A stretch of 64,000 nucleotides of DNA from a virus. Its lineage: Duplodnaviria; Caudoviricetes. Made by a program: the position numbers and the translations under genes. Of the stretch, positions 63,460 through 64,000 are shown in pieces. The stretch lies in the IMG/VR virus record IMGVR_UViG_3300005546_000003, positions 9,617-73,616 of that record. The stretch is one strand, 5' to 3'. The notes under the pieces were generated by a model. That model was given only the letters and a program-made list of their open reading frames with translations, searched no databases and was not told the DNA's origin. The first letter of the stretch is position 1; each line of letters starts with the position of its first letter.

Positions 63460-63573
63460 TTAACTTATTGCTCCTTCACTTTGGGGATTTTGGGGAGCCC
63501 CGCGGAATCTGGGTATCCAGCGCGAAGATCCCGCTTCACGCCTTCAAACCACGAGGCTCCCCAAACTTGAGAG

Positions 63574-64000
63574 TTAGATTCCCTCGAATCTAACCCGAAC
63601 TGTGACAGTTGAGAGATTAACTGCATTTGCTACCTGCACCAGAGCACCAGCAGCTACAGCTGTTCCAGTGAAAGCCGGAGCTGAGTTGGTACCCGCCGGG
63701 GTTCCAGCGGTATCGGAACTGGTAGTCAAATCTTGACCTCCAGTGCTTTCCAGTACACCTGCATTATTAGTCACCGCATCACCAGCCGTGCCCGCAGTAA
63801 CAGGAACTGTGTGACTATGAGCAGCCAAGGCTGAGCCGGTAAAAGTTGGAGCTGCTACAGTGCCAGCTGGAGTAAAACCTGCACTACGAAAGACCATGAG
63901 CTTTTTGTTCACGGTATCATAATGCACAGCATAACCCCCAGCTGCCGAGTTGCCCCCAAGCTTCACCGCTCCATTGATCTGGCTCCAACCCAGCGCCGAT
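63574..64000 (-). CDS. virion structural protein, 5'-partial
   Basis: Frame stays open to 64000; repeated TPAGT..AP.FTG. Confidence 0.6.
   Translation of the reverse strand, partial: SALGWSQINGAVKLGGNSAAGGYAVHYDTVNKKLMVFRSAGFTPAGTVAAPTFTGSALAAHSHTVPVTAGTAGDAVTNNAGVLESTGGQDLTTSSDTAGTPAGTNSAPAFTGTAVAAGALVQVANAVNLSTVTVRVRFEGI

Noticed and set aside
1-64000. Amber (TAG) recoding suggested by TAG richness and CUA loops
   Set aside because: Long genes are intact in the standard code, several end in TAG, and there is no complete suppressor tRNA
1-64000. Integrase, att sites or host flanking genes
   Set aside because: No recombinase motif or bacterial housekeeping context seen; lifestyle cannot be settled from this window

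Overview
The window is most of a ~50% GC tailed-phage genome with podovirus-like architecture. It has no tape measure, and it does have tubular/adaptor proteins, ejection proteins and a 2,123-aa internal virion protein. The terminase, portal and major capsid genes are not visible and probably lie beyond the window ends. Layout: (i) 1-4.3 kb, minus-strand small genes, two DNA methyltransferases and a Y-RNA-like gene; (ii) a divergent control region at 4.2-5.5 kb with sigma70-type promoters and helically phased T-tracts; (iii) a plus-strand arm at 4.8-38.3 kb with mini-genes, a Ro60/TROVE gene behind four Y-RNA-like genes, a phiEco32-type amidoligase/ATP-grasp/GATase/GGCT set, an MCM-like ATPase, a Cas4-like nuclease/Sak4/SSB module, a ~950-nt array of structured RNA-like elements, a UDG-exonuclease-PolA fusion with an unusual active site, and a peptide deformylase; (iv) a minus-strand arm at 38.3-64 kb with tail, ejection and lysis genes plus ClpP-like, nucleotide-hydrolase-like and exonuclease genes. 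Most striking: five Y-RNA-like elements sharing one consensus, some with anticodon-loop or T-arm mimics, together with Ro60 and a possible second TROVE-like protein; the unexplained structured-RNA array at 30.3-31.2 kb; repeated leaderless promoter/start geometry; two genes that appear to need non-canonical AUH starts; and strong CTAG/AGCT enrichment. All calls come from reading motifs and base-pairing by eye. No database search or folding program was run.
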